From assembly GCA_951406725.2 (NCBI GenBank), contig OX597819.1, positions 23,808,001 to 23,872,000 of the forward strand: 64,000 nucleotides of DNA. The letters are read 5' to 3'. Under the pieces are notes generated by a model. The model made no database searches. It was not told the origin of the DNA and saw only the letters and a list, made by a program, of their open reading frames with translations. A program made the position numbers and the translations under genes. The DNA comes from Octopus vulgaris (lineage: Eukaryota). Below are positions 1 to 13,442 of the stretch, in pieces. Within the stretch, counting starts at the first letter, position 1. Every line of letters begins with the position of its first letter.

Positions 1-152
1 ACTCTCTGTGTCACGCTGAATATCCCCGAGAACTACGTTAAGGGTGCACGTGTCTGTAGAGTGCTCAGCCACTTACACGTTAATTTCACGAGCAGGCTGT
101 TCCGTTGATTCGGATCAACCGGAACCCTCATCGTCGTAACCGACGGAGTGCT
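1..152 (+). mobile_element. 3' part of tRNA-derived SINE family A (tail T1), cut by the window edge
   Basis: Near-identical to the 3' halves of the copies at 44785-45166 and 46830-47216 (actctctgtgtcacgctgaatatccccgag...ccgacggagtgc). Confidence 0.85.
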
Positions 153-658
153 TAAGAGGTTGACAAGAAAATGCAAATAGAAGCGAAACACAGGACAAGG
201 CTAATTCAGTTCTTGCTGTCCCACTTAGACGAAGTGTAGAGGCTGAGGGGCAAAACGCTTGGGACCCTGAGATACCCGCTGATGATAAAGGACTTTCGAC
301 ATTGCGATGGATCCAAAAGATGCGCTTGCAATACCTCTGAGTAGCTCCTGCAGATTTTCTGTGAAGGGCAAAGCATCTCTGATGTTTATTTCACCTATAC
401 TTAGAAGAGTCCATAGTCTGTGTAGGTCGATTTCTTATTTAATCATGACTTTCGTGGTGGTAAGGAAATGTTCAATATAATGACGGCAATGGACGGTTTG
501 AAAGAGAGAAGTAACATTTTGATTTTGAGAGCATGTCGAAAAGAATCCTTCAGTGTCTCTCGCAAGAAGAGTAGCAATTGTCACTGCAGCAGCATTAGTA
601 AAACCAGTTGAGGCAGTAGTAAAAGCGATGGTAGTTGTAGTTTCTGTAAGAATAGAAA

Positions 659-904
659 TAATATTCTTTTATTCTTTTATTTGTTTCAGTCATTTGACTG
701 CGGCCATGCTGGAGCACCGTCTGTAGTCGAACATATCGGCCCCAGGTCTTATTCCTTGTAAGCCTAGTACTTATTCTATTGGTCACTTTTGCCGAACCGC
801 TAAGTTACGGGGACGTAAACTCACCAACATCAGTTGTCAAGCAATGGTGTGTGTGTGTGTGTGTGGGGGGGGGGAACACAAGCACACAAACATATACATA
901 TACA

Positions 905-974
<70 letters not shown>

Positions 975-975
975 C

Positions 976-1013
<38 letters not shown>

Positions 1014-1169
1014 GACGGGCTTTCAGTCTCCGTCTACCAAGTCCACTCACAAGGTTTTGGTCGGTCCGATGCTATAGTAGGAGATACATGTCCAAAGTAC
1101 CACAAAATTGGATTGAACCCGGAACCATGCGGTTGGTAAGCAAACTACTTACCACACAGCCACTCCTAC
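659..1169 (-). mobile_element. tRNA-derived SINE family B with internal microsatellite
   Basis: On the minus strand: head ggagtggctgtgtggtaagtag...ccgggttcaatcc (A/B-box-like), internal (TAGA)n/(TG)n, tail ...ccagcatggccgcagtcaaatgactgaaac. Matches 29197-29600. Confidence 0.85.
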
Positions 1170-1382
1170 ACTAGTACACTTATGAAAGATTTATTCGCAC
1201 AGAAGTACGTATAACGAATATTAGATCGACGCACTGCGTCTATTCATACAGTGTAGCAGTAGTACTCTTACGAAAAGGTTTTATGAACATATAACAACAA
1301 CAACAACAACAGCCGTAGTAGAACCAACATTAATAACAATAACAATAATAATATCAGCACCAATATTAATATTAGCAATAAC

Positions 1383-1464
<82 letters not shown>

Positions 1465-2093
1465 TGAATAATATTAAACAAAAGAATAACAATAGTATGA
1501 AGACAAATAAAAAAAAATCCACTCCTTTCGTTCCCATCCCTTCAGTAAGAACAAAACCAAAAGAGGAACTGAAGGATACAATAGCGAATTACATTGGAAA
1601 TGAAGAAGTGGCGTTCCAGTGGGGACTGAATAAATATACCCAGAAGGGTAGTTAAGCTCACTAGTTCAAGATGGGGCTTGAACTGAAGAATAGTTTTAAT
1701 ATATCCGTTTCACAACGTAACAGAAGAAATAATGGAGGTGGGGGGATGAGAAAGGGGAGGAGGAGGAGGAGGTGAAGAAGAGAAGGGGGTGTACAATAAT
1801 GCAATGGTATCAATGACATAAAGAATGCGTTTTCTTTATTAATAGGTTTAGTTCCCTTCTTCCGTCTTCTTTCCCTTTTCTCACCCTCTGTCACTCTCAC
1901 AAATATACATTCAGATCCATATGTGTATGAGTGAATGAATATTGGCTGCGTGGTAAGTAGCTTGCTTATGAACCACATGGTTCCGGGTTCAGTTCGTGGA
2001 TTTGCTCGGCTAAAGGCGTTGCTCCAGCATAGCCGCAGCCAAACGACTGAAACAAGTAAAAGAGAAATAAAAGAGAATATATATGCATACATG

Positions 2094-2157
<64 letters not shown>

Positions 2158-2159
2158 AT

Positions 2160-2225
<66 letters not shown>

Positions 2226-2249
2226 GTCCGTCCGTCCGTCCGTCCGTCC

Positions 2250-2297
<48 letters not shown>

Positions 2298-2399
2298 GTC
2301 TGTCTAAATATCTGTCTGTCTGTCTATCTGTTTGTCTGTCCATCCGTCTGTCTGTCTGTCTGTCTGTCTATATGTCTATCTATCTAATAGTATTTTACT

Positions 2400-2600
2400 A
2401 GCTTAAAGCTTATAAGCGATCGCCGCGCAATGACTAAAGAGAATAGTCTAATAATGGGGCATATAAGACCTCGACGGAAAAAAAGTAGGCTTTCCCGTAC
2501 GCGTGGGAAAACCTACTTTTTTCAGTCGTGGCCTTATATGCCCCATTATTAGACTATTCTCTTTAGTCATTGTGCAGCGATCGCCTATCGACTTTAAGCT
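2400..2600. repeat. ~200 bp foldback palindrome (MITE-like)
   Basis: The ~96 bp arms agcttaaag...gtaggctttccc and gggaaaacctac...ctttaagct are near-perfect reverse complements around an 8 nt centre. Confidence 0.85.
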
Positions 2601-3522
2601 TGTCAATAATATTAATATGCCAATTTGTTCTTTTGTACGTACCTATCGTGTGTGTCACACTTACTTCAAAGAAGAAGTGAGTGGCAATGTGAGAGGAGGA
2701 CAGAGAGGAAGTAAGAGAGAGAGAGAGAGAGAGTGTGTGTGAAAGAGGCAGTGTGTGGTGACGGTTTTCGTGCTGTGCTTTTAAATGTTTCAAAGAAGTA
2801 AGAGAGAGAGAGAGAGGGGGAGGAGAGGGAGAGAGAGTCAGAGTGAGAGAGAAAGAAAGAGAGTGAAAGTGACAGTGAGTGGTGACGGGGTTAGCTTTGA
2901 GTTTTTAAATGGTTATCACATCGTAAGAGAAGTAGACACATAGATACATACACGCAGTGTTGAATTAAAAGCGGGAGAGAGGAGAGGAACACAGAGGAAG
3001 TGAAAGAGTGAGTGAGAGAGAGAGAGAGAGAGAGAGAAAGTGAGAGGGATAGTAGATACATAGTTCGAAAGAAAAGATACAAAGACGCAGCACATATTAG
3101 ATGTCACTCGCAAATTAACTCGCAAGTGGCTGAGTACTCCACAGACATGCATATCATTAACGTAGTTCTCAGGGAGATTCAGCCTCATACAGAATATGAC
3201 AAGGCTGGCTCCTTTGAATTACAGCTACAACTGGCAGAATCGTTGCGAGCTGGCCGTACAAGTTGCGTACTGGGGTCCATCTAATCGATTGGCCCTCTCC
3301 TCAAAAATCGTGCCTGGTAGAATCGTTGGCACGCTGGACGAAGTGCTTAACAGTATTTCGCCCGTCGTTCCGTTCTGAGTCCAATTCCGCCGAGGTCAAC
3401 TTTGCCTTTCATCCTTTCGGAGTGGATGAAATAATTACCAGTTACGCACCGGGGTCGATAAAATCGACTTATCCCCTCCACCAAAATGGCTACCCCTGTG
3501 GAAAAATTTGAAAACATGATTA

Positions 3523-3613
<91 letters not shown>

Positions 3614-3810
3614 AAATATTACATTATATAATTAGGGCTTAGTAAAATAAATTACTTTGCCACATACTGAACTTAGTAGAAATAGCAGCCCCCAAATTTT
3701 TTTAGCTATTTCTACTACTTTAAGAAAATTTCTCTCAGATAATGTTTACTCCAGACAGCTCACGAAGGTTTGGAGGTAAATACAGAAACATATCACAAGT
3801 ACATAGATCG

Positions 3811-3873
3811 TTTGAGTACGTCAACGTTTCAAGATTAGCCAAATAAAATCAGCATTTCTTTCGTCAGCTCAAA
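3811..3873 (-). ncRNA. Type I hammerhead ribozyme motif (inverted copy)
   Basis: Exact reverse complement of 4589-4651. Confidence 0.75.
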
Positions 3874-4588
3874 ATTTCTTAATTTGGATTTGGAGACACT
3901 AAAAAGAAGGAACTTCACCCATCAACGAACTTGTCGCTTCAGATGAACCACTCCAACTAACAGTGTCAACAAATTCAAAATGCGCAGGCGTAAATTTCTG
4001 CACTCCCCCTTCCACCCACGCGGTCTATCTAGCAAACACTATATTTTAACCACGAGAACCGAGGCAGTATGACTGAGAGAAATGAATTATAATTCTATGT
4101 AATTGTGATATTTTTCTGTATTTACCTCCAAACCTTCGTGAGCTGTCTGAGAAATTTTCTGAGAGAAATGTTCTTAAAGTAGTAGAAATAGCTAAAAAAA
4201 TTTTTTTTGGCTGCTATTTCTACTAAGTTCAGTATGTGGCAAAGTAATTTATTTTACTAAGCCCTAATTATATAATGTAATATTTTGAATCCGCCTTAAA
4301 TGGTCCTTTTACATACTGAACACTTGGTGAAATTGATTAATTAATTAATTTTACCCTCAATTGTTGATATTATAATTCATTTCTCTCAGTCATACTGCCT
4401 CGGTTCTCGCGGTTAAAATATAGTGTTTGCTAGATAGACCGCGTGGGTGGAAGGGGGAGTGCAGAAATTTACGCCTGCGCATTTTGAATTTGTTGACACT
4501 GTTAGTTGGAGTGGTTCATCTGAAGCGACAAGTTCGTTGATGGGTGAAGTTCCTTCTTTTTAGTGTTTCCAAATCCAAATTAAGAAAT

Positions 4589-4651
4589 TTTGAGCTGACG
4601 AAAGAAATGCTGATTTTATTTGGCTAATCTTGAAACGTTGACGTACTCAAA
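4589..4651 (+). ncRNA. Type I hammerhead ribozyme motif
   Basis: tttgag-CTGACGA-aaga...tctt-GAAAC-gttgac-GTA-ctcaaa. Stem I is tttgag/ctcaaa, stem II closes with aaga/tctt, stem III is short. Predicted cleavage after 4645. Confidence 0.8.
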
Positions 4652-5568
4652 CGATCTATGTACTTGTGATATTTTTCTGTATTTACCTCCAAACCTTCGT
4701 GAGCTGTCTGGAGTAAACATTATCTGAGAGAAATTTTCTTAAAGTAGTAGAAATAGCTAAAAAAAATTTTGGCGGCTGCTATTTCTACTAAGTTCAGTAT
4801 GTGGCAAAGTAATTTATTTTACTAAGCCCTAATTATATAATGTAATATTTTGAATCCGCCTTAAATGGTCCTTTTACATACTGAACACTTGGTGAAATTG
4901 ATTAATTAATTAATTTTACCCTCAATTGTTGATATTATATATATATATATATGTGTGTGTATGTATATTAATTCCTTCTTTCTCTCTCTTCTCTCCCCTT
5001 GTTGCTTTCGTCCCTCTTCTCTCTCTCTCTTCCTTCCTTTGCCTCCCTTTCTTTTCTTTTCTTTTCTCTCTTCTCCGTCACGTGACCGCCGGCCAAAATC
5101 CGCCTTTTGGCCTCCGACCAGCGCCGTGACAACATCCTTGTCTTTGTTCGCCGTTAAGGCATTTTTACCAAAATACACCAGCCAAACTTGTTTGTACTGT
5201 TATTAGTCGTAAGACACCTGCTGTTTTTACCATTATTGCTTTTGTATTTCCTGTTTTTGTATTTCATTATTGTTTTTTGCTTTTTATATTCGTGTGGCAC
5301 CGTCCGTTTTGCTGTCCCGGTGTTCGTATGCATTCGATCCTTCTTCCAGGAAATCTACGTTCCTAGCTTAGTTTTTCTAATGCTCGTTGCTTAGTTTTTC
5401 CTGGAGGGCTGACCGGATCTAGTAATCTCAAGATTAATCAGCCGAAATTACTACGATGATCCGGTTCTTGACTGAAGACTGAGGGCTTCGAATGTCCTGT
5501 CCGTGTTTGTTGTATCGTCTTCTAAGTGTTATTCGTTCTTGTCCCAGCTTGTATTTTTCTACATATCA

Positions 5569-5617
<49 letters not shown>

Positions 5618-5798
5618 AATAATAAATATTAGGGAATAAATCCAAATTTACAGGGAAAAATCAGATTTAGGATTGAATCCAATTATAAAGTAAAATATTA
5701 TATAATATTAATTAGAGACAAAACCACTATTTTGCAAATCAAACAAGGAAAGACTTAATCAATACATAAAAAAATGTTAATATAAAGTAAATAAATCG

Positions 5799-5842
5799 CC
5801 ACTACAATTGTTTCCTGTCTTCAAATGACATTCATCAGGTGG
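5799..5842 (-). ncRNA. Minimal type I hammerhead ribozyme motif
   Basis: Minus strand reads ccac-CTGATGA-atgtcatttgaagacag-GAAAC-aatt-GTA-gtgg, with a palindromic stem III (acaattgt). Lies in a ~260 bp segment between (TA)n tracts. Confidence 0.75.
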
Positions 5843-6754
5843 ATTTCATATCTTCTATTCAATTTTAAAGTCATGAAGTTGTATATGTATATATATTTGT
5901 ATATATATATGTATATGTATATGTACGTGTATATATAAAATTAATCAAAGAACGCACCAAATTACTAAATATGTCTATCTGCTGGAAATAACAATCAAAA
6001 TCGGTCCACTTGAGTCCAAATACTTGAATGTATGCTGGCAGATTGTCTTAGTCTGTTTGCCTTCGGACGGTTGAATTCTGTAGTTATTATCAGTGTATTT
6101 TGGCGATTTAAATTAGAGTTTTACTGTTATTTTCAGCAGGTAGACATATTTAGTATGTCCTTTGATTAATTTTATTCCTTCAGCTATTTAATGCTTTCTT
6201 TAGGGCCTGCAATCGCCTATATTATTGATTCTGTTATTAACATTTTAAAATTGTTACACTAGATAATAACAGAGTGAATGGGATCTTCGCAAATTATTTT
6301 TTCGTGAATTGTTTTTCTCGTGAATTATTTGCTCCGTATTGTATGTGTGTGTGTGTCTGTGTGTATACAACTTATACGGTTTGATGCCAGGACAAACTAG
6401 TTAGTCCAGACTACACTTACGCGGATACTCTAACAAGATTGGAGTAATCTGTCCATACAAACCAGAATTCTTTTACTGTTGTTGAAAAATTCACATTTAA
6501 ATATTCCTGTTTTGATGCACAAATCTATCGATACATTAAATATAAGATATCGATTATGTCTTCGACATAATCTGTTGTTAAGGTTGTTTAATGAGTGACA
6601 CTCGAACACATGAACGCTGGCAAACAGAAATATTATTACTGATACTTTTCCTTGGGGGGGAAATATTTTCCGCTTTCGTATCCATAGTTTTGTAGTACTC
6701 ACGCATACCACTTACTGTATAATATATGCAATAAACATATATTTCATCTTTATA

Positions 6755-7152
6755 TCTTTATATATAAAAGAGAGGTTGTGTGTCTGTCTCCTACGATTTA
6801 GATTCCTAACTACTCTCACATTTTGCAGTGCAGTTTAACCAAAACCGGGTATCTTATAGTCGTGATTCATATCGAGCCCATCTGGGTATTAGCGCGCGTC
6901 TACGATGAGTCTACGATTTTTATAAAAAATTACCATCATTTTTTTCCATTTTAATGCATTTTTTTCGCCATTATATAAAGGAAGTAACTCTCTAAAAATG
7001 TATACGGTGAGTCAACGATTTAAAAAAAAATTTACCATAATTTTTTTCCATTTTTAATGCATTTCTTTGCTATTTTTTGGCTATAAATCTCTAAAAATGC
7101 CTATATAGTTATTTCCCTTACAAACTCGAGCAACGCCGGGCGATACTGCTAG
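6755..7152 (+). mobile_element. Non-autonomous Helitron
   Basis: 5' TC start, subterminal GC hairpin (ctcgagcaacgccggg), 3' CTAG, sits between A and T with no TSD. Homologous to 31783-32168 and 51009-51403. Confidence 0.8.
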
Positions 7153-7552
7153 TTAAATATATGAAAATTAAATGGTTTAGTCTTCACGACCATTTCAAAA
7201 TTACACCGCAGTCTGAGTTTTGTGTCGTGGTCCGTATATTGGGAACTGCAGCTTTATGCTTTATGGTGTGTTACATAATTTTCCTCGCACATTAATCTCA
7301 GGAATGGCATACACCACGAGATAAGTTATTCTCGATACGGAATGATACATAAGCAGACTTCCTGAAATATGTGTGGTTCTGAATGCACCAAAAACTGATT
7401 AGAAGAGACGATTAGACGTTATATCGAAAGTGCGATCTTTCGGTTATTTAACCCACATGTTATTCTCGTGAGGTTATAACCTCAAAATTGTTTTATAGCA
7501 ACACAAGATATATTTTCCTGTTTAGAACTAATTCACATGACCTGCGGGGTGT

Positions 7553-7602
<50 letters not shown>

Positions 7603-8759
7603 ATATTTGCGTGTATGTTTGTATGTATCTATATACACACACACACACATATATATATATATACATAAATATATATGCACATGCATGCATACAAACACAT
7701 ATATTAATATAGTTATACATGTATAATCACACATATATCAATATATGCATGTGTGAATACGTATCAATAGATTTATATGTAGGCCGTACACACACACACA
7801 CGCACACACACAATCTAACTCTTGCATATGTAAATTCCTAACCAAACACCGGCACACAGATGCAAATATTCGGGCACTGTAGAATTCTTATATTGAAGAA
7901 AATTTGTGTACACACCCAAAGCTACTTCGACACGAGCCGGGCGTTGTCACAAAACCGAATTTTTAATACGAGCTAACCAAGAAAGACAGCAAAAAACAAG
8001 AGTGCATTGATAAACGATTAAATGATTTCATCTCACATTGTCTTCTATATGTTGCCCCGCTCCGCCACTCCGCAAATTTTTCTTTGTATTACAAAAGGAA
8101 AGAAATAGAAACTCAAAAAAACCTCCGAAAAATTCAAAACCTCACCAGAACCCAGAAGACTTAATAGAAAGAAAGAAAGAAAAAAAAGTGTGAAATAAAG
8201 AACAAATGACAAATGAAAACGATTACGGAAAAAAAACAATAACTGATAGTAGAATGTACCCAGGTGTTATCCTCGTTTGACACATGTACCCAGTAATCTG
8301 GGATAACATTAAAACGAAGAAAAAGAAAACCGAAAAAAGAAACAACATCCTCAAGAATTCGGATGAACGAAAAAACACAAAAAAACCCACCCCCACCACC
8401 GCCACTGCCACCACCACCACCACTACCACAACCACCACCACCACCACAACCACAACCACCACCACTACCACAACCACCACCACCACCATCACCACCACCA
8501 CCAGCACCACCACCACCACCACCGACACCACAAACAACAATAACAACGACGACAGCACAGGAGAATGACATCTAATGACGTCATCATTTTTTTTTATTAT
8601 TTAAACACATTTTTTAAAATATCATTTGCAATTTCACACGAAGCTTTTCGTGTTGTTTTTTTGAATTCTTCATTTCCAGTTGTTTATTTGTTTTCGTTTT
8701 TCGTTGACTTGTTTTGATTCTAATATTGAAGCCTAGTTTTTTTTTTTGACTGGAATTCA

Positions 8760-9072
8760 AGTCGGTTACGACGACGAGGGTTCCAGTTGATCCAATCAAC
8801 GGAACAGCTTGCTCGAGAGATTAACGTGCAAGTGGTTGAGCACTCCACAGACACACGTACCCATAACATAGTTCTATGGGAGTTTCAGCGTGACACAGAA
8901 CGTGACAAAGCTACCCTTATGTATTACAGGAACTATTCATTGTTGACGGCTGAGTGGACTGGAGCAACGTCAAATAAAGTGTCTTGCTAAAAGTCACACC
9001 TCACCGCCTGGAATCGAACTCATGGCCTTAAGATCTCGAACCAAATACCTCAACTACTAAGCCACGCGCCTT
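8760..9072 (-). mobile_element. Diverged tRNA-derived SINE (head H2, tail T1)
   Basis: Similar to 59078-59395; shares the tail ...cctcgtcgtcgtaaccgac with family A. Confidence 0.7.
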
Positions 9073-10545
9073 TATAAGCTTAGTCATTTTACGACAGGTA
9101 ACTTGAGGTGAGAAATTGATTGGGAGACAGGTAACTTGAGGTGAGAAATTGATTGGGAGACGTTTTGGGGCGCTGCAGTGGTTGCTTTACTGTGAAAACG
9201 GGGATTTTATTGATTTTTAGGGACACTTGGGGTTCTAGATTGGACACCTTTTGCCTGATTTCAATCAAATTTTCAACATGGTAAAGTGGAAGCGGATTTG
9301 TAATTTAAGCGCGGAAAATGGGTTCGAAATTTTGAAAATTAAGGCAAGATTTTTGAAGTTGTAAAAAATTTCTCATTTTTACGTATTTTTGTCTTTTATT
9401 TTTTATTGTTTACAGTTTTCATTTTTTTTAAAAGAATTTACAGCTGCATGTAGCCCGTGTTTAGAACTTCCATTTGCATGGTCAATCGTCGAAAAATTCC
9501 CCAAATAAGTACTAAATTTAACAAAGAAATCCTTTTTTCCCTTATTTTTAATCGCTCAAATAATGGCACGTACAAAAGGCAAGTGTGCTTTCCGTTCTCA
9601 CTGCCTGATATTTATGATTGATCTTTCAAAATATTTTCTTTCTCAACTTACTCAAGATCTTTTGTTTGTTATAAATGGGAGAGCGATAGATAGAGAAAGA
9701 TAGAGAGTAAGAGAAAGTGAGGGAGAGTCCGAGAGAAAGGAAGAGTAAGAGAGTGGGAAAGTGAAAGAGAAACAAAGAGGGAGAATGTGGCGATAAGAAA
9801 CAGAAAGGAAGCAACAGAAATTAACAACCACACTCTCACCCGCGCGTAGAGCGGGTAACCTTAAGCTAATATATATATATAATGTATATTTGTATATATA
9901 TATTTGTATAAGCTTTTACCTATGGACCATGTAGGCTCTGGTGGTAAATTATTTGCTCTTAACATATTGGGCCTCTAGACTATTTGTCTAAGCCATGTTT
10001 TCTTTCCTTTTCTTTCTCCCTTTTGTTTATATTGTGTACTCTTGGTTGTCACTCTGATGAAGATCTGTAGCTTAATTCGATATGAAGATGAAGAACTTTA
10101 TTCTCGCATTTATTTATAAACTGCATTTAGGCAATCTGATCAGCAACGGCTGTAAGATAAGTTACGTCACCTATTTTGTTATGTCATGCTTTTTTGTTGT
10201 TGTCATGCTATAAATGTGGTCCAATCGATGTGTTTGTTAATCTGTGATTCTCTTCATTTTCTAATTATTTGCATTGGTTCCTGATAAACTCTTGTTTATT
10301 CAGCTGTTATCTGCATTATTTGTGTATGGTGTGCCTGCACACCAACGCCTAGGGATAATACAGGTAACGGATACCGATAGTATATACGGATATTTATCCC
10401 TTAGTCGGTTACTATAACCGCTAACTCTGTTTACACTATATATACACACACACACACATATATATATATATACATTCACATACATATACATATACATACA
10501 CACACCTACACACACACGCTCTTAAACACCACGCCATATGCCCGT

Positions 10546-10690
10546 GGGCATATGACGTAGTTTTTAAGAGCACGGGCTACTAACCCTAAGCTTTCGCGTT
10601 CGATTCCAAGCACTGACGTGAATAATAATAATAATAATAATAATATTAATATTAATAATAATAATAATAATAATAATAATGATAATAATG

Positions 10691-10751
<61 letters not shown>

Positions 10752-10758
10752 TAATAAT

Positions 10759-10817
<59 letters not shown>

Positions 10818-11382
10818 TAAAATGCCCTGATGCAGTACCAGGCAGTGGCTCTCATGGCTTCTGATCTTAGCTGATTGGAAGTGTTGTCATGTACATTGTT
10901 TTGTCTTGGTATAAAAAGATGGGCTACAGCAAATATTCTGCTCAATACCACAGATTTGCTTGTCAGTTGTTTGACCTTAACCAGTTGAGCATGTCCCTTA
11001 GTGGCTGACGATATGTGCATCTCTGATCACGAGCAGAAGTAGTGGGGGAGCATCATAGCCATGTGTTGAAAGGGATTCTTTGAGGTTTGGATAATTCACC
11101 TTTGGAAACATGGGTGTTTTGTTCATCATCCTTAAACAAACCTTATTCCAGGACCTTTTGAGTGGGATGGGCTACTCGACCTGAAGAAAATTCTAACTGG
11201 GCTCCATCTGCAAGGTCATGTGCTGTTTATCTTGATATGAGATCACCATGTCGCGCACATATGGCTGTGATGCATGTGCCTGGTGTACCCTTATCAGACG
11301 GGTAGTCATGATGGGTATACTGGGCTTCTTTCGTATATTTTATCCCAGTGCTACTTTGAGTGCATGCACTGCTCTCTCACTC

Positions 11383-11456
<74 letters not shown>

Positions 11457-11630
11457 CAACAACAACAACAACAACAATAATAATAATAATAATAATAATA
11501 ACAACAACAACATCGAAAAATACTTTAGGTTCAAAATTTCCCCAAGACACCCGAAGAAGCCGAAACGTGTTAACAAAAGACAAGATGACGACAAATATCC
11601 ATCGAATGTAAATAATGTAAATAATGTATA
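10546..11630 (+). mobile_element. tRNA-headed element with (AAT)n body and HHR-like tail, interrupted by a 560 bp insert
   Basis: Head 10546-10620 matches 24404-24472; tail 11508-11628 matches 25681-25823. Confidence 0.6.
10822..11382. mobile_element. ~560 bp non-coding insert within an (AAT)n tract
   Basis: Higher-GC block with sharp edges and (AAT)n on both sides; no convincing ORF. TE status is inferred. Confidence 0.5.
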
Positions 11631-12213
11631 TAGTGTTGCTGTTTAGTCCCAGGTAAGTCATGATTGAGTAAGCCCATGATGAAAGACATGTTCAAACTGT
11701 AATCACCGTGTCGTCTTAGGTGTGTATTGTATTACATTATCTAATATATACAAATATATTTTAGGCAGCAAAGTGTGATTTGAGGACAGTGTATCTGCAG
11801 TTTCTAGTAGGTCGCGTGAGGGCTACGTGAAGGGTCTCCTGATGTGATGTTGTTCGGTTTCAGCTGGAACTGAAACTGTTTGGGTAACTTCGCATAGTTG
11901 CCGTGAAGTTGCTCAAAAAAAGATTACCAATTTTACTGAAAAGCTGGAATAAAAGTTTCTTTATTTCTTTCTTTCGTTCTTTCTTTCTTTCCTTGTTTGT
12001 TTGTTTGTTTGTTTGTTTTTTCTTTCTTTCTTCCCTTCCTTCTTTCTTTCTTTTTTCTTTCTTTCTTTCATCCCTCCCTTCTTTCTTTTTTCCTTTCTTT
12101 CTTTCTTTCTTTCTTTTATCCATCTTTCTTTCTTTCTTTCTTTTATCCATCTTTCTTTCTTTCTTCCTTTCTGTTTATTGATTCCAATTCAAAACAAATG
12201 GTTTCGTCCTCGT

Positions 12214-12325
<112 letters not shown>

Positions 12326-12466
12326 TCCAAATTTTAGTACCAGTTGGGGCCAAATACGTCGGATATTAACAATTTCGCTACTTTCCAGTTTATTCTTTTA
12401 CACACACACACACCTACATACATACACACATTTATATATATATTTATATATACGTTTGTATGCATC

Positions 12467-12519
<53 letters not shown>

Positions 12520-12531
12520 GGTATATTCAGT

Positions 12532-12586
<55 letters not shown>

Positions 12587-12627
12587 TATGTATGTATGTA
12601 CATACCTATATACGTACATAATACATA

Positions 12628-12664
<37 letters not shown>

Positions 12665-12878
12665 ACACGCGCACTTACATAGGAAGGAATGGGTGGACGT
12701 AAGGCCGAAACGGTTTTTTTATTTTCTATTTTTATTGGTTTTTGCTAAATTTGTTCGTCTGATTTCAAGTAAAACATTTTGTATATTTTAATAGAAAACC
12801 ATCGTATGCTTTTAGCACGTCAATAAAGCTTGTCAGTTATAGATGTTAATGAGCCAGGAGAGAGTCAGCACGTAAGGG

Positions 12879-12985
<107 letters not shown>

Positions 12986-13121
12986 GAAACATGTTACAAA
13001 AAGAAAATATAAAATCCACGTGGAAATGTAAGGGGAAAATATGAAAAATCAACGAAAATGCTCATTGTAAATATATATATACATATATATATATATACAT
13101 ACATATATACATATGTATACA

Positions 13122-13179
<58 letters not shown>

Positions 13180-13289
13180 GAAACTCTGAGACGTTTATAA
13201 CGGTTATTTCGGTCTGAAAATATACATATATACATATATATACAATATATACATACACACACACATACACACACACACACACACACACG

Positions 13290-13367
<78 letters not shown>

Positions 13368-13442
13368 ACTTAGAAAGGTTTTGGCCAGTATTGGCCCAGG
13401 CCATGTCTAACTTAACAGCACCACCTGGCGAAGTCTTTCAAT

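Larger units (their letters stand above)
3611..4939 (+). mobile_element. Non-coding Penelope-like/retrozyme-type element: inverted copy, partial tandem copy and full ~565 bp unit, with hammerhead motif
   Basis: 3611-4093 is the reverse complement of 4369-4853; 4094-4374 directly repeats 4655-4939. Flanked by (TA)n on both sides. HHR consensus core lies inside the unit. Confidence 0.75.

Noticed and set aside
8363-8575. Proline-rich or glycine-rich ORFs
   Set aside because: (CCA)n microsatellite with no splice or domain support.
9093-9161. 33 bp tandem duplication
   Set aside because: Real but isolated; no sign of function.
10050-10160. CTGATGA-containing HHR candidate (another at 39122-39194, minus)
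   Set aside because: The GAAA box or stems are too degenerate to support a call.
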